DNA of 64,000 bases from Iphione sp. A-MEVVRFRX5 (Eukaryota), in the NCBI GenBank assembly GCA_976226885.1, contig OZ320317.1, forward strand, positions 21,886,001-21,950,000, in the 5' to 3' direction. Below, piece after piece: positions 23,937 through 36,913 of this stretch; position 1 is the first letter of the stretch; every line of letters starts with the position of its first letter. The translations under genes and the position numbers were made by a program. Under the pieces are notes generated by a model. The model made no database searches. It had not been told where the DNA came from and saw only the letters and a program-made list of their open reading frames with translations.

Positions 23937-26664
23937 CTGCAATGAGATGTGGTAGTTAGTATGGATTCAACTACTGTTCCACTGCTTAAAAATGTTTGTA
24001 ACATACTTGCTACATGATCACACCGTGGTGAATGGAAAAGGTAAAAGATGTATTCTCAACTATATCCTATCATACTTCATGCGGGCTACTTCCAATATAT
24101 ATATATTTTTATTTTTTGGACAGAACCTGGTGGCACTAAATGTAGGAAAGATATAGCCACGTCTCCACATTTTGATATATATATCTATATAGTTCGGTGT
24201 CTTCAATCTTGGCAACAAGGTGTAAATATCATAAAGTTTGTCCAATGAATTTGGTTCCGAAAACAAGTGTCAGAACTAAGAAAGTAGATGTTAACATCCT
24301 GAAGGCAGGAATCTGTACTTACATCGCCAGAGAAGTAGTGGTCAATTATTTCAAAGGCAAGCTTGTATATCTCCTCATTTTCGTGGTGTTGCAAAACTTC
24401 AATTTTATCAAGACCTGGAAATATCAGGGTTAAAATACAGTCGACGGCTTACAACAGATCTTAGAAGACCGTCAAAATATATTTCTGGTAGAACAATTAT
24501 ATTCCCAGTTCACTGCTTATTCAAAATACGTTCGTGCGGGAGAGTCAAAATATCAGAAAAATCTGTGAAATATTCTGAGTTAAAGGTCTCTTAATTTCAA
24601 GGTTAATAAATTGACGGAGTTTCGACAGATGTTTGGATATTACATGTATACATTAAACCCAGAAAACAACCCAAGCTGGACCAAACCCAAAAATGTTTAA
24701 AAAATGCGACTGTACAGCTGGGCATTAAAAACACACCATACAGAGAGACATTTCACCACTTTCCGACGGTTAAATGATGGCTGAATGAGCACTCACCTGC
24801 ACACTCTTCGATCATGATGGTGATTTCCTCTACGTTCTCTCCAGTCATCTTGAGGATGTTGTAGATGCCATCCAGCACCACCTGGATTACTTGCGTATCT
24901 TTCACGCCGAGCAGATTACAGAAGGGAGGAATCACCTTCTCACGTACCACGTACGCCACCTGATCCTTGCGACCTGAGATGGTCAGGTTGCTGATGGCCC
25001 AAGCTGCTTCCTTCTGGGTCTGGAAGTCACCCTGCCATGTACAAGGATTGCCAAAAGAAACTTTTACTAGTAAATCTCCACAGGCCGTTGGGGCAAAAAT
25101 CTCAGTTTATATTCAATTGAATTACTTCATGCGAATATTAATAATCCTTTATATATATCCATGGCAAAAAAATATACACATGCATAAAAGTGAAACTGAA
25201 TTTGATAAGCTTGTTTACTCTGCACATATGCACGATTCCTGGTATTAACTCTTTAACCCTATAAGGACGGACGATGCCTTCAGACATTCCCAGGCAAATG
25301 GCAAATGATGCCTTCAGGCATCATGGATAAGGTTATATTTAAAAAGATTTTTGTAATTTTTGCGAATTTCTACAGCTAGGACACTTATTAAACGCCACAT
25401 ATATATATCTCATTTGTTATAATTAATGTAAAGGTATCACACTCTTCCCAACAGCTTTGTTGTAACAGGCATGGAATGGCATTAATAAATGAACCTCCCT
25501 CGCCCTCTAGTAGATTGTTTTTCTATGTATTCTGGCCCTTTCTTGATAGTATCTCATACCTGGTTCAGCCCTGAATGGGTTAAGGACCGTGCAAATTAGG
25601 GTTTTTTACACTACATGCATAAAATGTTGCCCAGAGGAGGTCTTACGGTTAGGAGACACCTCTCTAGTGTTACAATATACATTCTTACATATGTTTATGT
25701 GAATTCTTCTTTAATTCATGGAAATCGACATATATTTTGTCATAAAAGAGATTACTGAAGAAAACTACAAAATAATCATGGCACTACTTTCCTGTATATT
25801 AGTACACCACATGCTTGCAATCAGGTCCGAGCTGACCCAGATGTTCACATCCTGTGCCTCTTCCTCCCCCATCCACCACCACACCCCCTCCCCCCCCCCC
25901 CACACCTCTAGTCAGACAGAGAGGGAGGTGTACAACCAGTGCAGGCGCCAAAACGCGCTTGTCCAAACTAAAATTGTGTTTGCTGATGAGTATCTGTATA
26001 GTGGCTAAAGTTTGCATAAGGCATGGGCATTGGATACATCATTTCAAAGCTGGGGAATTATACTTCGTTTTGACACTATTTTGCTGTTTCCATTTTTGAG
26101 CTGCCATGGTTACCAATTAGAGGAAAAACGGCTAAAATGGCGATACATCTACCATAATTTACAAAAGGTTACAGAGACAGGGTTAAATAGGACTTTCAGA
26201 GGTAAGTGTTGCCTTAAGAAAAGAAAGAGCAAGTGATTTGCCCTGTTTTGGTTCCAAATCTGTTTGTGTACATTAGAACGACCACATTTTACTACGCTCT
26301 GTTAATATGTGTGTTAATGCCCTATTGGTGGATGAACCCCCATGGGAATATCAATAATTTACCAGTTCACGTGATTAGATTACTGGTAAATTAGAGATTA
26401 GTTTTTAATTGGACAAACTTAAGTTTCCTCCTCGTATTGTTTTATAGAAAACAAAAAGAACCGTAACTATTATATCAGGATTGTATAAAATGGTTATGTA
26501 ATGATATGCAATGCTTATGTCTTACTTCCTTTCGCTAGAAAAGGGTACAGGGAGCAATTTTGAATCACCACATTACTTTCAGTTTCGGCAGAGAGTCAGG
26601 AGTAACATTAAAAAAACTGCAACATACACTTTCTACAGTCTTTCTACATAATGATAATAATAAT

Positions 26665-26700
<36 letters not shown>

Positions 26701-29700
26701 TAATAATAATAGACTTCATATCAATTAATAATGATATTATATATGTACACTGTTGTGCTCACTGGCCAGAATAGTCGATCTGCTCTGCCCTTATTGGTGG
26801 CCAGCATAGGGTTAAATTATCTCAATCAGCAGATGCCTTTCGGCAGTAAAACTAGGTAATTAAGTCTTTTGAACGGTGTCTTTCCTACCCTGGACAGATG
26901 GTGGATGATCATTGGTATGAGACCGGCATCAATCACGGCTTGTACTTGAAGCTGGTTGCCAGCCGTTATGTTTGACAGGAACCATACAGCTTCCTGCAAC
27001 CACAGAACAGCAATGAACTGAAGTTAAATTAACCCCTTACATTCTGAAAATGCCCTGAAGCACTCTTAGGCCAGGGCAAAGAAAGCCTTCAGGCATTATG
27101 TCACATAGCCGTTTAAATATCATTCTAAGTACATGTAGAAAAATTTACAGTATCGGCTGAAAAATGTCTATGTTTGATCATGCCTTATCAACACCTACCA
27201 CAAAAATCCCCCAGAGAACATGAAAATTTGATTTAAAATAATATTAAATACAGCGTCGTAACCCTTAGGTCAAACTTCTAAATCCCTCCCCCCCCTCCCC
27301 AACAGTCTTCACGGGCAAAGGATATGGTAAACAGATGACACAAAACGGTGCAAGGTTCTCATGATGCTACAGACCTTATTAATCTTCTCTTTTGTGTGTG
27401 ATAGGAGCGTGGGGAAATAGTCCAATGCCTTACAGTCAAGGACTACTTGCGTCTGGTCATCCGAACCAGTCACAATGTTGCCAACAGCACGCAAGGCCGC
27501 CATCTGCCGATAATATCAGAAACAAGAAATGTGAGGTACCAGCTACTCACATATGCATTTGCCACACACAATCATATCTAAGTGCATAACTTACGAGGTG
27601 TCAGTGAAAACCGATAATGCTAAAAGGGTTCAAATGATACTGACGAGCAGGCTATGCGTTCATTTTTATGTTACGGATTCACATGAGCCGGATCGACAGC
27701 TGCACGATCAGGCGAGTGTCTGCCGGGACAGCCCCTGGAATGTGAAAAGCTTACACCTGAGAGTGTGCGAGCAGTCCTATAACTTACCTGCACTTTTACC
27801 TCGTCATGGTTCAGGAGGGGTACCAACTTGGGCACAACGCCAGAGTCGATAACCCTCTGGATCTGGTCATTGCCACCATCGGTCAGGTACGAGAGTGCCC
27901 AAACTGTGTCCACAAGTATCTGAAGGGTTAAAAGAGATGAATTAACGACACATCACATTTACATAGCCAGACAGCAGGAATATGCCACGGCACTTCTTTC
28001 TGTTCCTTCCAAAATATATTCTGGTTCTTATGCTAAATGATCCATTTCCTTTCTCATTTCTCGCTCAATATCCTACAGTACCAATGTTGATTCATTATGA
28101 AGTACACGTTGGCAACGAGCGGTGAATGTAGTCTTGTAGACGTATCTTGTATATGCACATAATGAGAAATGGATAGGATTCAAAACTTCTGAATAAATTG
28201 TGTACACTTCAATACCAAAAAATACTGTTAAAATTCACATGTGAATTAAATGCTTTTTGTTTTTGTTTGTCTTTTTTTATTGATTTCAATGGAACGCATC
28301 GTCAGCCAACTTGCTGTTTTGCCGATGGCGTGGACGAACTGTTGGTCAACAGAGGTTCGTATATGTTAGTATATTCTAGCTAGACAAGAAATATGCCATA
28401 GACTTTTTTCAATTACATGTATGTTCACAACATATTTTAGTTACTTCAACGGAGATATTATTTCATATGATGTTTAAAATGCCTGGTCTGAAAGCTCTTA
28501 GAGGGTTTCTAATTGAATAGATTGATGATCGTAAGTATTTACAATCGTATGATATTGAATATCTAACAATAGTATAACTGTCTATTGTTACAAAAGAGTA
28601 ATCCTTAGGTATGTAATTGTCGGATAAAACATCAGAAATTATGCTCATTTTCAAAGAAACACCTGCTCTAAATTTTGAGACCTTTCTTTTTTGAAATCAT
28701 AAACTGATTCATAGTCAATGGGTAATAACTTCCCTTTGTTCCAGTAATCAATAATATTGTAAATAGAAGTAGCTCTTGTATGTCAACTACTAGATTTAAA
28801 ATCTTGTTCGTGCAAACTGAAATGGTGGAGCAGTAATGGCATCCTTCGTGGATCTTTACAACTCATTTAAAATATTTCTGAATCCAATTTGCGAACAAAA
28901 ACCCCCCCAAAAACAAAAAAAAAACCCACTCACATTGATGTCCGTGTGGTGTATCAATATGGACAGCGCTGGCAGGATCTCTTGTATTGTCTCGGTGGGG
29001 GGTGGCGGGTCCTTGTTACGGCAGAGATTGACAATCACCCATGTGACATTGCGGAGGAATGAGATGGGCACGTGTGGGTTGATGAAGGTCATAAGTGGCT
29101 TCACCACACCCATGCGTATTACTAAGTCTCGACAGCCTGGCCCATCGCCTGATAAGAAGTCAAGAAACAGAAACTGTTTAAAAAAAAAAAAAAGCAACAA
29201 ACCCTCAGAGCTACTGTATTCGTGTGTTGACTGTACTCCCTTGTCTGACAACCACATGCAAATGAACTGTGCTGCATGAAATTCAGATTTGTCCACTTTA
29301 AAAAGAATATGTTATAACCATGTAAAGGAATAGAGCAGTAGAAATCAATCACAAGTGTAAAGTGGAAATCAGACATCAAACCCCTACCCAGCGTCCTGCT
29401 GTCCTACAGACTGGTTAGTTTTTCATCATCATTTTCTTGGTATCATTAACTAGGGACTAGATATTCAGCTATCAGTTTGGCTATTCTTACATATCCTCCT
29501 GGGGCAGCATACTACCAACTATTGCGGAGACTGTGAGACCCCCCTACTCTTATTTCGAACAGGTTTCTGGGGTCTTTTTTTGTGCATAGGGGAAGAGTTG
29601 TCCCCGGCCTGTCCCATCACGTGCGCCCCTTCCTGCCTAGCAGCCTGCCATCCAGCAAGGTGGTTAGCTTTATCTAATCCTGACCCACCCTGACCACCCC

Positions 29701-32700
29701 GTAGGTACAGCAGGCCGGCCTACGCACCAAAGAGCATGGCCACATGACTGGCATGCGCCTACCCTGCTTGTATAGCGTAGTATCTGCTGATCACTGATGC
29801 AACACCGTTAAGGTCTGAGCTCCACTTAAAAAAACTGGAATTTGCATGGAAATATTTGGTTGTTCTACCCAACCCATATACTGGCAGGGACACACTTGTG
29901 TACCGTCAGGTGCCGATGTGCGACCATACCAATTAGCGAGCAAAACCATCATGAGCGACCACATTGGCTCCGAATGGAATTTTAAGTTCAGAGCGGTTTT
30001 AATGACATACCGATTTGCGACCGAAATCGCTATTGTGGCCACTTTTGCTTGGAATGGAGGGGTGGTTACAAATCATTCGACTGTACACGTACATCCGTTT
30101 ATTCTGTGCACAACAATGTCTGTACAGGACACTATAATATATTATAATAATGTTCCACATGGAAGAGGGAAAGAGATCTGCAGCTGTACTGACCTATAAT
30201 GTTTCCGAGCGCCCATACTGCCTGTTCACATACATTCTGGTGAGGAGATTCAAGGAGTTTAAGGAACCAGGGAACTGCGCCTGCCCTGACAACAGCCTGT
30301 GTTTGCGCAGATGTACCTGAAGCAATGTTCGTTAAGGCCCAGGCTGCCTCGAATTGTAACGAGGGACTGGGTGATCAAAGGGAAGAAACAAGAGGAAAAA
30401 CCGTAAGTTAAACATTAACGATGAGAAAATAATGACAATCACAGGGAGTTTAGTATCTTGCAAATGCATGTATTGTGTGGACTAACTTAAACTTAATCCA
30501 ATTGATGCAACCGATATGTGCGTTTGGGATTCAAAATGAAAAGTAGGGTATTATATACATTCTTCAAGTTTTGACTGATATACATGGAAAAAGAAGATTT
30601 TTTTTTACGGAAGTACCACTTCATGTATCATGTTTTCCTATAAAAACATTTATCCAAACGACGGCAAATCCAAATAAGACTTACTTGGTGTCACATGCTA
30701 AACAACGGACTAAAATGGGAAGAATACCAGATTGAATCAATTCGTCTATGGGTGGATTACGATCACTTGATAATAATTTCCTGAAAGACACAAAGTAACG
30801 GAGGTTTACTACATTATGTATCTGGGCAGATCTTGAAGAGTACATCTCAACAATATCCTTAATCTGTCACCTTTCTCAAGGATAACATTCAAGCGTTAGA
30901 TTACTCAATTCCCTCCCCCCTCCTCGTTTTAGAAATAGATTTGCAACGCATCACAGAGTAACCCGCCTCGCCGGAATCCAATTTCAGGTATCTAGGTTGA
31001 CTGTAAGTTTCATGTTATGCAAGACCTTAATAGGCCAGAGAGAGATGGCAAAACGACAATCTTGTCTTTCAGTCCAGTTAATTAGAGAAAAAGTCCTGTG
31101 TGCTCTAAAACTGAGGAGATTCCATGAAAACTAGGTTGACTGGGGTACGAGAAAGCAGGAATACGAGTTGCGAAACTTAAAATAGACAAATGACACCTAA
31201 GTCCTCAATATGTGTTACAGCGTGGCTACAAAAACCTTAAACTGCACACCATTGTAACAGCTGAATCCAACTTAGTGACAATGACTGGACCGATACAGGT
31301 CCAATACAAATAGGGTAAATCCCCCGTACGTTTACTACATGGGTCTGACAAGGGTTCAGCTGATAGTTTGTACGTTAATATCTCTAGCCTGTGTGTGCCA
31401 TCTGAAATTGGGGTTTGAATTTTGTTTGTGCACATACACAACTTCTTGATTAATATATAAAGAACTTTGGCCCAACCCATTATGATACATTCCCTCCCTG
31501 GCTGCGGAATTTTTTTTTTGTAAAACCGCAGACAAAGCAATGTACTGTTGATAGAAAATAAACACTGCATTTAGAACAATTTTCACTTTGAAGTGGTCTC
31601 CTAATAAGAGTAACTCAGAGACACCATTTTCGATCTGACAGCAGTTCTTTTTCGTCATTAGGAGAGCTTAACCTTTGCTTACCTAGCAGCTTGTACAGCA
31701 TTTAGTTGGACAGTTGGTTGGTCACTGGCAGCATTTTCTACCAATGACTGCAGTGATTGTGACAGCAGTTTCTCATTGTCTTCAGAGTCTGTGCTGTCTT
31801 GTTGTGGTACATTCCTTCGTTTTAAGATGTGCTCATCACGTTTGTTCTGTGAAAATCAAAGACATTTTTTTTTTAGTTTGGCGCCATTTTTACAAGTGCC
31901 TGTGCACCATGTACATTTATTAGAAGAAAATTTGGTTTCAACACTGAGAACCGTAATTAGGAAAATTTGTTGGAAATTTTTGGCTTTTTTGGAAAGCCAT
32001 CTCTCACTTTTAAGGCCAAGAGCTGGAGGTGGCTTAAAAAATAAGTAGACAATGAATTTTCTTCTAACTTTACAGATTTACTGTATGCATCATTTGTAAG
32101 GCCCCCCCCCCCAAAAAAAATAGGTGTGTTTCTGGTAACGGCAGCCAAAAACCTAGGTGGGGAGGGGGGGGGGTATTTTTTTTTTTATCTTTTTAAATTT
32201 TTTTTTCAACTTTCTTCCTGTGGTTTTCAATAATAATAAAGACAAGTTCAAGAATTTTGACCGATTTGAATGAGTTTTACAGTTCTTTGCTGAATTTCCA
32301 TGGATTTTGTTGTTTTCTACTGAATTTACTAAAAACATATGCTTTGAAAACACATATCTAAGGAAATTCAGCATTGGAAACTCTTGGGGGCCAAAATTTT
32401 TTTCGGTAGGGTAAGATTTTACTAGGTAAGGGGGGGGGGGGGTTACCAGAAACACACCTATTTTTTTTTTGCCTAATTCAAATATGGAAAAAAAGTTGGG
32501 TATCAAGGCTCATTTATCCAGCAATGACCATCAAACCGATGCTGATAGAGGCTCCTCTTAGCATTGAAGTTAATGACTGAAGTAGTCATTTGGGAGACAA
32601 TTCATGTCATAAGTTCAAAAACTGACAAACAATTTTTGTCAAAAATTATATTTAAGCTTAAATATATATATTGATCAAGATAACAACATAAAAATATATG

Positions 32701-35089
32701 GTTTCAATGTTACTTTCTCCACAAAATCATATCATAGCTCAATCTGATGATGTGACCCATAGAAATATTCTGTAATGTTATTAATATGGAACCGTTAAAA
32801 ACAAATAAAAAAGTAGCAGTTCCTATGGTCAAATTTCAATATAAAACACATCAAATGAAAGCCTATAACATAAGGAAGAGACTGAGGTATAATACAGGTT
32901 TCTTACAAGTTCCTGAGTTATGAGCAAAACAATTTCTGTCAGCATATTAGTTTATCAAATTGCCACTAGGATCCTCCAGTTCTTGTCCTTAGATAATTGG
33001 TCAAGTATATGGAATAAATGCTGTTGGACAACATAGTAGGAACAACTTGCTTTTCAATCCATTCAAATACGTTAATGTGACTGATTTTTCAGACGTTTTA
33101 AGATATTTGGCTTTGAAACGACTGTGTATTGGCACAGGTAGCTGTGGAACAAAAAAATACAAAAACGAAAGGTGAAACGTCCTCAGGATTTGGCCATCGA
33201 GAAGTCTCTAGTTTCAGCAAAGGAAATAAAATCCTGGCTTACTGTAGGAAGGACGAAACTAAACCAGATTCATTGTAAGAGAAACACTTTAATGATACCA
33301 TATGAACGCAGAAAATAGGTCATTTCAGAAGGTAGTGATATTTACTAACTGACGAACAATAATAATAATCCTGAACCAGAACATACTGTACAGCATTCAA
33401 AGTAAAATCGCGATTCCAGTTGCAAGATACTTTGACTGGACCTCGCCCTTTGTCAAACAACTGTAGTTATACACGAAAGAAGTCTTATTCATGAGAGAAA
33501 TAATCACTCATCGAAACAGAACCACAAGATATATTTGTTGTTGAGAGAAATATTAAAAAGAATTTGAAAATGGTCATTTTCTATGACATATAAAAAAATA
33601 ATACCATGATATTGTACAAGATGTTTTTTGAACCTGAAAGCTGGGGGAACGAAAAAGCACCCATTTCTATTTATACTTGTCATCTAAACAACACGTATAC
33701 ATATAAGAATGGTCGCTTCCTATTTCTAAAGTCAGTGTGTGAATAAGAATACATGTACTTAGTACCTTACCCCTACACAAATAGGTGAATAAGAAAGACT
33801 GACATTTTATTCAGAGATGAAGTACGTTTGTATTTATTAGTTGTCCATAACTGCAGTAGCCAATCAGTAGGTGTCCAATGGGTCAATACACAAATATGTA
33901 CCTCATGCAGAATTAATTATTTTACGCAGAAAACTCCTATACGATTGGTCACATTTATTCTATATCAGAACTGAATCTATATAGTGTATAAAAACAGTGC
34001 CCCGGTCCCAGTAAAAAGTACTAGGCACGCCCCTACAGTTCCCATGGCCAAACCTGGGTACCTACTTATCGGTACCCATAATCACTAGTACCTATGAACT
34101 CGTCCCAAGTATACCTATAGAACTATATAACTACAAAAGAAACTTACTTTCCTAAGCTCGACTGTAACTTCTGTTCTTCTTCTTCGCATCTCCTACAATA
34201 CAGAATGGAATTCTATAGTCACATAATTACAGCTGGCAATCCACAGCACGTACCGTGAACAAAGAACTTTGAATAATACCACCGACAGAAACTAGGGTGA
34301 AAGCCAGTCATGTTTCGTCATTCGTAATTTGTGGTTTAATTGTGCACACTGTATAGTGATAGTAATCAATAAGGATAGAGTATACTATGGTTATCGTTAA
34401 TGCTTTATTGAAAGGCTATACCGACTTTCCCAGAATAAATGTATCGGACACAAAGTGACTGTTGCGGGTATAAAACAAAACAAACGAAGCGAGTGTGACT
34501 AACACTACGTGAGTGTCAACACAGAAATGCGTGTCACTGTCTCGATCCATGTCTGGGACTTCAATCTTGGTGCTGAGGGCCTTATCTTCCTTCTCACTTG
34601 GAAAACTATTAAGTCATAAACTACATTCGTAATCTGGACATAAGCATTTATAACTCCCTTATGGTAAAATAAATTTGAGGTACATAGTTTTTCCTGTCAA
34701 TGTTGACAACGTGCTTCCCATCCAGTGGTTATGATGCCGTTCTTAGTAACTGGAGATGAAGGCATGTTTTCTTCATAAAGGGATATTTCAGAGACAATAA
34801 AACTTGTTCTATAATGTGATATACATCACAAATATAATGTAGAAGAACGGTCGCTTATAAAGAATAGCTTAAGGGAAATGGGGTTACTGGAGCGTCTAGA
34901 AAGTTCATATACATCGAGACAGGCGAACAGTCACTTCCGACGTGGTCTGACAGAAAGAACCTGAGGAACCCCATTGTTGGTACGTATTCTTTAGATCTTA
35001 AAACTAACGTATAGCTTACTTACCTCAACATCTTTTCCTTTATTTTTAAACATATGTTCCCGACCTTTATTTGTGCTGTCGGAGGCCAT
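23841..35089 (-). CDS. KPNA3: Importin subunit alpha-3/4 class (karyopherin alpha 3/4 orthologue), complete 12-exon CDS, 1548 nt = 515 aa + stop
   Basis: Exons 35024-35089, 34148-34192, 31683-31846, 30685-30780, 30194-30366, 28934-29148, 27788-27919, 27375-27503, 26889-26993, 24797-25031, 24323-24414, 23841-23936, all GT-AG with matching phases. IBB domain ([38 protein letters not shown]), ARM repeats ([49 protein letters not shown]), C-terminal ...DGFKF*. An invertebrate gene would be co-orthologous to KPNA3 and KPNA4. Confidence 0.96.
24323..24414 (-). CDS. KPNA3: KPNA3/4 exon 11
   Basis: [31 protein letters not shown]; CAG/GTAAGT. Confidence 0.95.
24797..25031 (-). CDS. KPNA3: KPNA3/4 exon 10
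   Basis: [20 protein letters not shown]...[13 protein letters not shown]...IEECA; CAG/GTGAGT. Confidence 0.95.
25257..25579. mobile_element. Probable piggyBac-like MITE in KPNA intron 9
   Basis: ttaa|ccctataaggac ... gccctgaatggg|ttaa; TTAA flanks and CCC/GGG termini, TIR otherwise imperfect. Confidence 0.5.
26650..26711. repeat. (AAT)n microsatellite
   Basis: Direct reading, KPNA intron 9. Confidence 0.9.
26889..26993 (-). CDS. KPNA3: KPNA3/4 exon 9
   Basis: [35 protein letters not shown]; CAG/GTAGGA. Confidence 0.95.
27375..27503 (-). CDS. KPNA3: KPNA3/4 exon 8
   Basis: [22 protein letters not shown]...KEKINK; CAG/GTCTGT. Confidence 0.95.
27788..27919 (-). CDS. KPNA3: KPNA3/4 exon 7
   Basis: [21 protein letters not shown]...VKVQ; CAG/GTAAGT. 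Confidence 0.95.
28934..29148 (-). CDS. KPNA3: KPNA3/4 exon 6
   Basis: DGPGCRDLV...[21 protein letters not shown]...HHTDIN; CAG/GTGAGT. Confidence 0.95.
30194..30366 (-). CDS. KPNA3: KPNA3/4 exon 5
   Basis: [22 protein letters not shown]...[11 protein letters not shown]; CAG/GTCAGT. Confidence 0.95.
30685..30780 (-). CDS. KPNA3: KPNA3/4 exon 4
   Basis: [27 protein letters not shown]; CAG/GTAAGT. Confidence 0.95.
31683..31846 (-). CDS. KPNA3: KPNA3/4 exon 3
   Basis: [14 protein letters not shown]...[10 protein letters not shown]; CAG/GTAAGC. Confidence 0.94.
32100..32473. mobile_element. MITE with TAA TSD, same family as 5761-6100, in KPNA intron 2
   Basis: taa|ggcc...aaaataggtgtgtttctggtaac ... 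gttaccagaaacacacctatttt...gcc|taa; internal sequence alignable with the first copy. Confidence 0.85.
34148..34192 (-). CDS. KPNA3: KPNA3/4 exon 2
   Basis: [15 protein letters not shown], 45 nt, TAG/GTAAGT. Confidence 0.94.
35024..35089 (-). CDS. KPNA3: KPNA3/4 exon 1
   Basis: [22 protein letters not shown]; AAAATGG start context; GTAAGT donor. Confidence 0.92.
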
Positions 35090-36889
35090 TTTGAAGCCGT
35101 AAACCTATTATTACCAGCCAAGATTTCCGACGAAATTTTTCAAAATGCCGGCCTCCGCATGACGGGCGTCTGACTTCGTGATGAAACGAGGTATACGATT
35201 GGTTATGAAATGTAGGTTACAGCGTGACACAGATAAAGCTGATTCAAGAAATGTCTCATTGTGACTTTTTCACACCGGTGTATGGGGAAAAATACAAAAG
35301 AATAAAAACACGAGGGATATGAATTGAACCGTATTAGTTTATTCAAGTATAGTAGAAAATTGGAGTATCTCCGTATTCCAATAATTGTCCAATAGGAATA
35401 ATTGGGACATTTCTGGCATGTAAAGCTGGTTACCCATTTTTCTTTAGCTTCGCAGCTGATCTTGGAAGCTGCTCGCGATAAATTACGATAGAGCTTGAGA
35501 GTTTCCTCTACATCTAGATTAGTGATTTTAAATTACCGAGAAATAATTTCATGTGGTACTTTATTGAAGATACAGCGACCTTTGACATAAGCTGCAATTA
35601 TTATCAAAATATTCACTTGTGGCCAACTTTGCCAAAACAGGAGCAAACTTCAAAGGTGTTAAATCCATAGAAAGAAAACGACCAGGCCTTAGCTTGCACA
35701 AGGTGTCGTTGTTAGAGATAATAAGGTGAGATACCTGTAACAAGTAATGCCGCATAAGCGTGAGCGTCTACCTTGCCATTTTCTTTCCATCAGACCAAGT
35801 AAAACTGCCAATGCTGAGCGTAGTGGTCATCACAAAGATTTGCAAGGGGCAACTCTGGTGGATACTTCAGTTTACTTAGAATTGTCTTGTTTTGAAGAGG
35901 TAGCACCATCAGGGAATTGATCCCTGGACCTTTGGCATGAGAGGCCAACAGCTAGCCATCTGAGTTTAAGGGCTAGAGTAGAGGTCGACCTATTGGCCTT
36001 ATTAAAAAAAAGCAAAAAAACCCAACTTACTTGCCCCATTTATCAGTGATTTTTGGCTTTATTAACACTCTCCTTGGTAAAGTTGAATTGGCATGTGCCA
36101 TTTTTGCCTTTAGTATAAATACATGTACTGGTACATGTACTGCACTTGGCTGAGACTATGAGGCAAGTGGGAAATCTTGTCACTGTGCTCCAGTGAGACC
36201 ATGCAAAGGCCCGAGGGTGCCTACATGTGCAACCTCCCCCAATGTGGAATGCATGTGAAAATCCCAAGCTGTTCTTGGGTTATGAATGTGGGGGAATCTC
36301 GGGTAAAATCAAGTGTTGGGAAAAAAAATTGGTGTAGCAATCCATGGGGCTCCAAGTAGGGGAGGAGGGGCTTCCTGGGGGGGAGGGGAGCCACATACGG
36401 GAGAATGCGTTGGGGGATAGGTAATCATTGAGGGGATCATGGGGAGTACATGAATTTCACCATAATAGTCTCATCAGGCACTGTGGGAGTAGCATGGCCA
36501 CCCAATATAGGGTGTGAAAATAGGGTTGGGTACTACGGGGCAACAGGTTCAGCTGCCTCTAGGCTCCGGTGTGACCATGCAAGAGGGCAAGGGTGCCAGT
36601 ACACCCTCCCAAGAAGCGGACTGCAAACCTCAAGACCTCGTAAAAAATGGGATTTTTTTGGGGGGGGGGAAGATTCGGTATGCAAAAAATAAAAAAACAT
36701 ACAAAATAAAAAGTAAAAAAAACGAAAAAAAACTTTTTTGTTAGGGTAAAGGAGGGTGGGGAGAGGGGAGGATTTTTTTTTTTTTTTTGGGGGGGGGGTG
36801 TTTTTCTCTTCTGTTGGGAGAGCGGGGAACAGGGGTAGGTAGGGGGTAAAAAGGGTAGACTACTCTGGTGGGAGTTGAGGAAAGCATGG

Positions 36890-36913
36890 TTTCGACCTGA
36901 ATGGTCTCATCAG
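36890..36913 (-). ncRNA. Hammerhead-ribozyme-like catalytic core (probable relic)
   Basis: CTGATGA-GACC-attca-GGTC-GAAA followed by C-CATG-C-T; stem I partner not found. Degenerate paralog at 36455-36477. Confidence 0.4.

Noticed and set aside
32744-32790. Hammerhead-like CTGATGA-TGTG-acc-CATA-GAAA with a possible stem III
   Set aside because: Non-canonical U10.1-A11.1 pair, weak AT-only stems and a 3-bp stem I in AT-rich DNA; consistent with chance.
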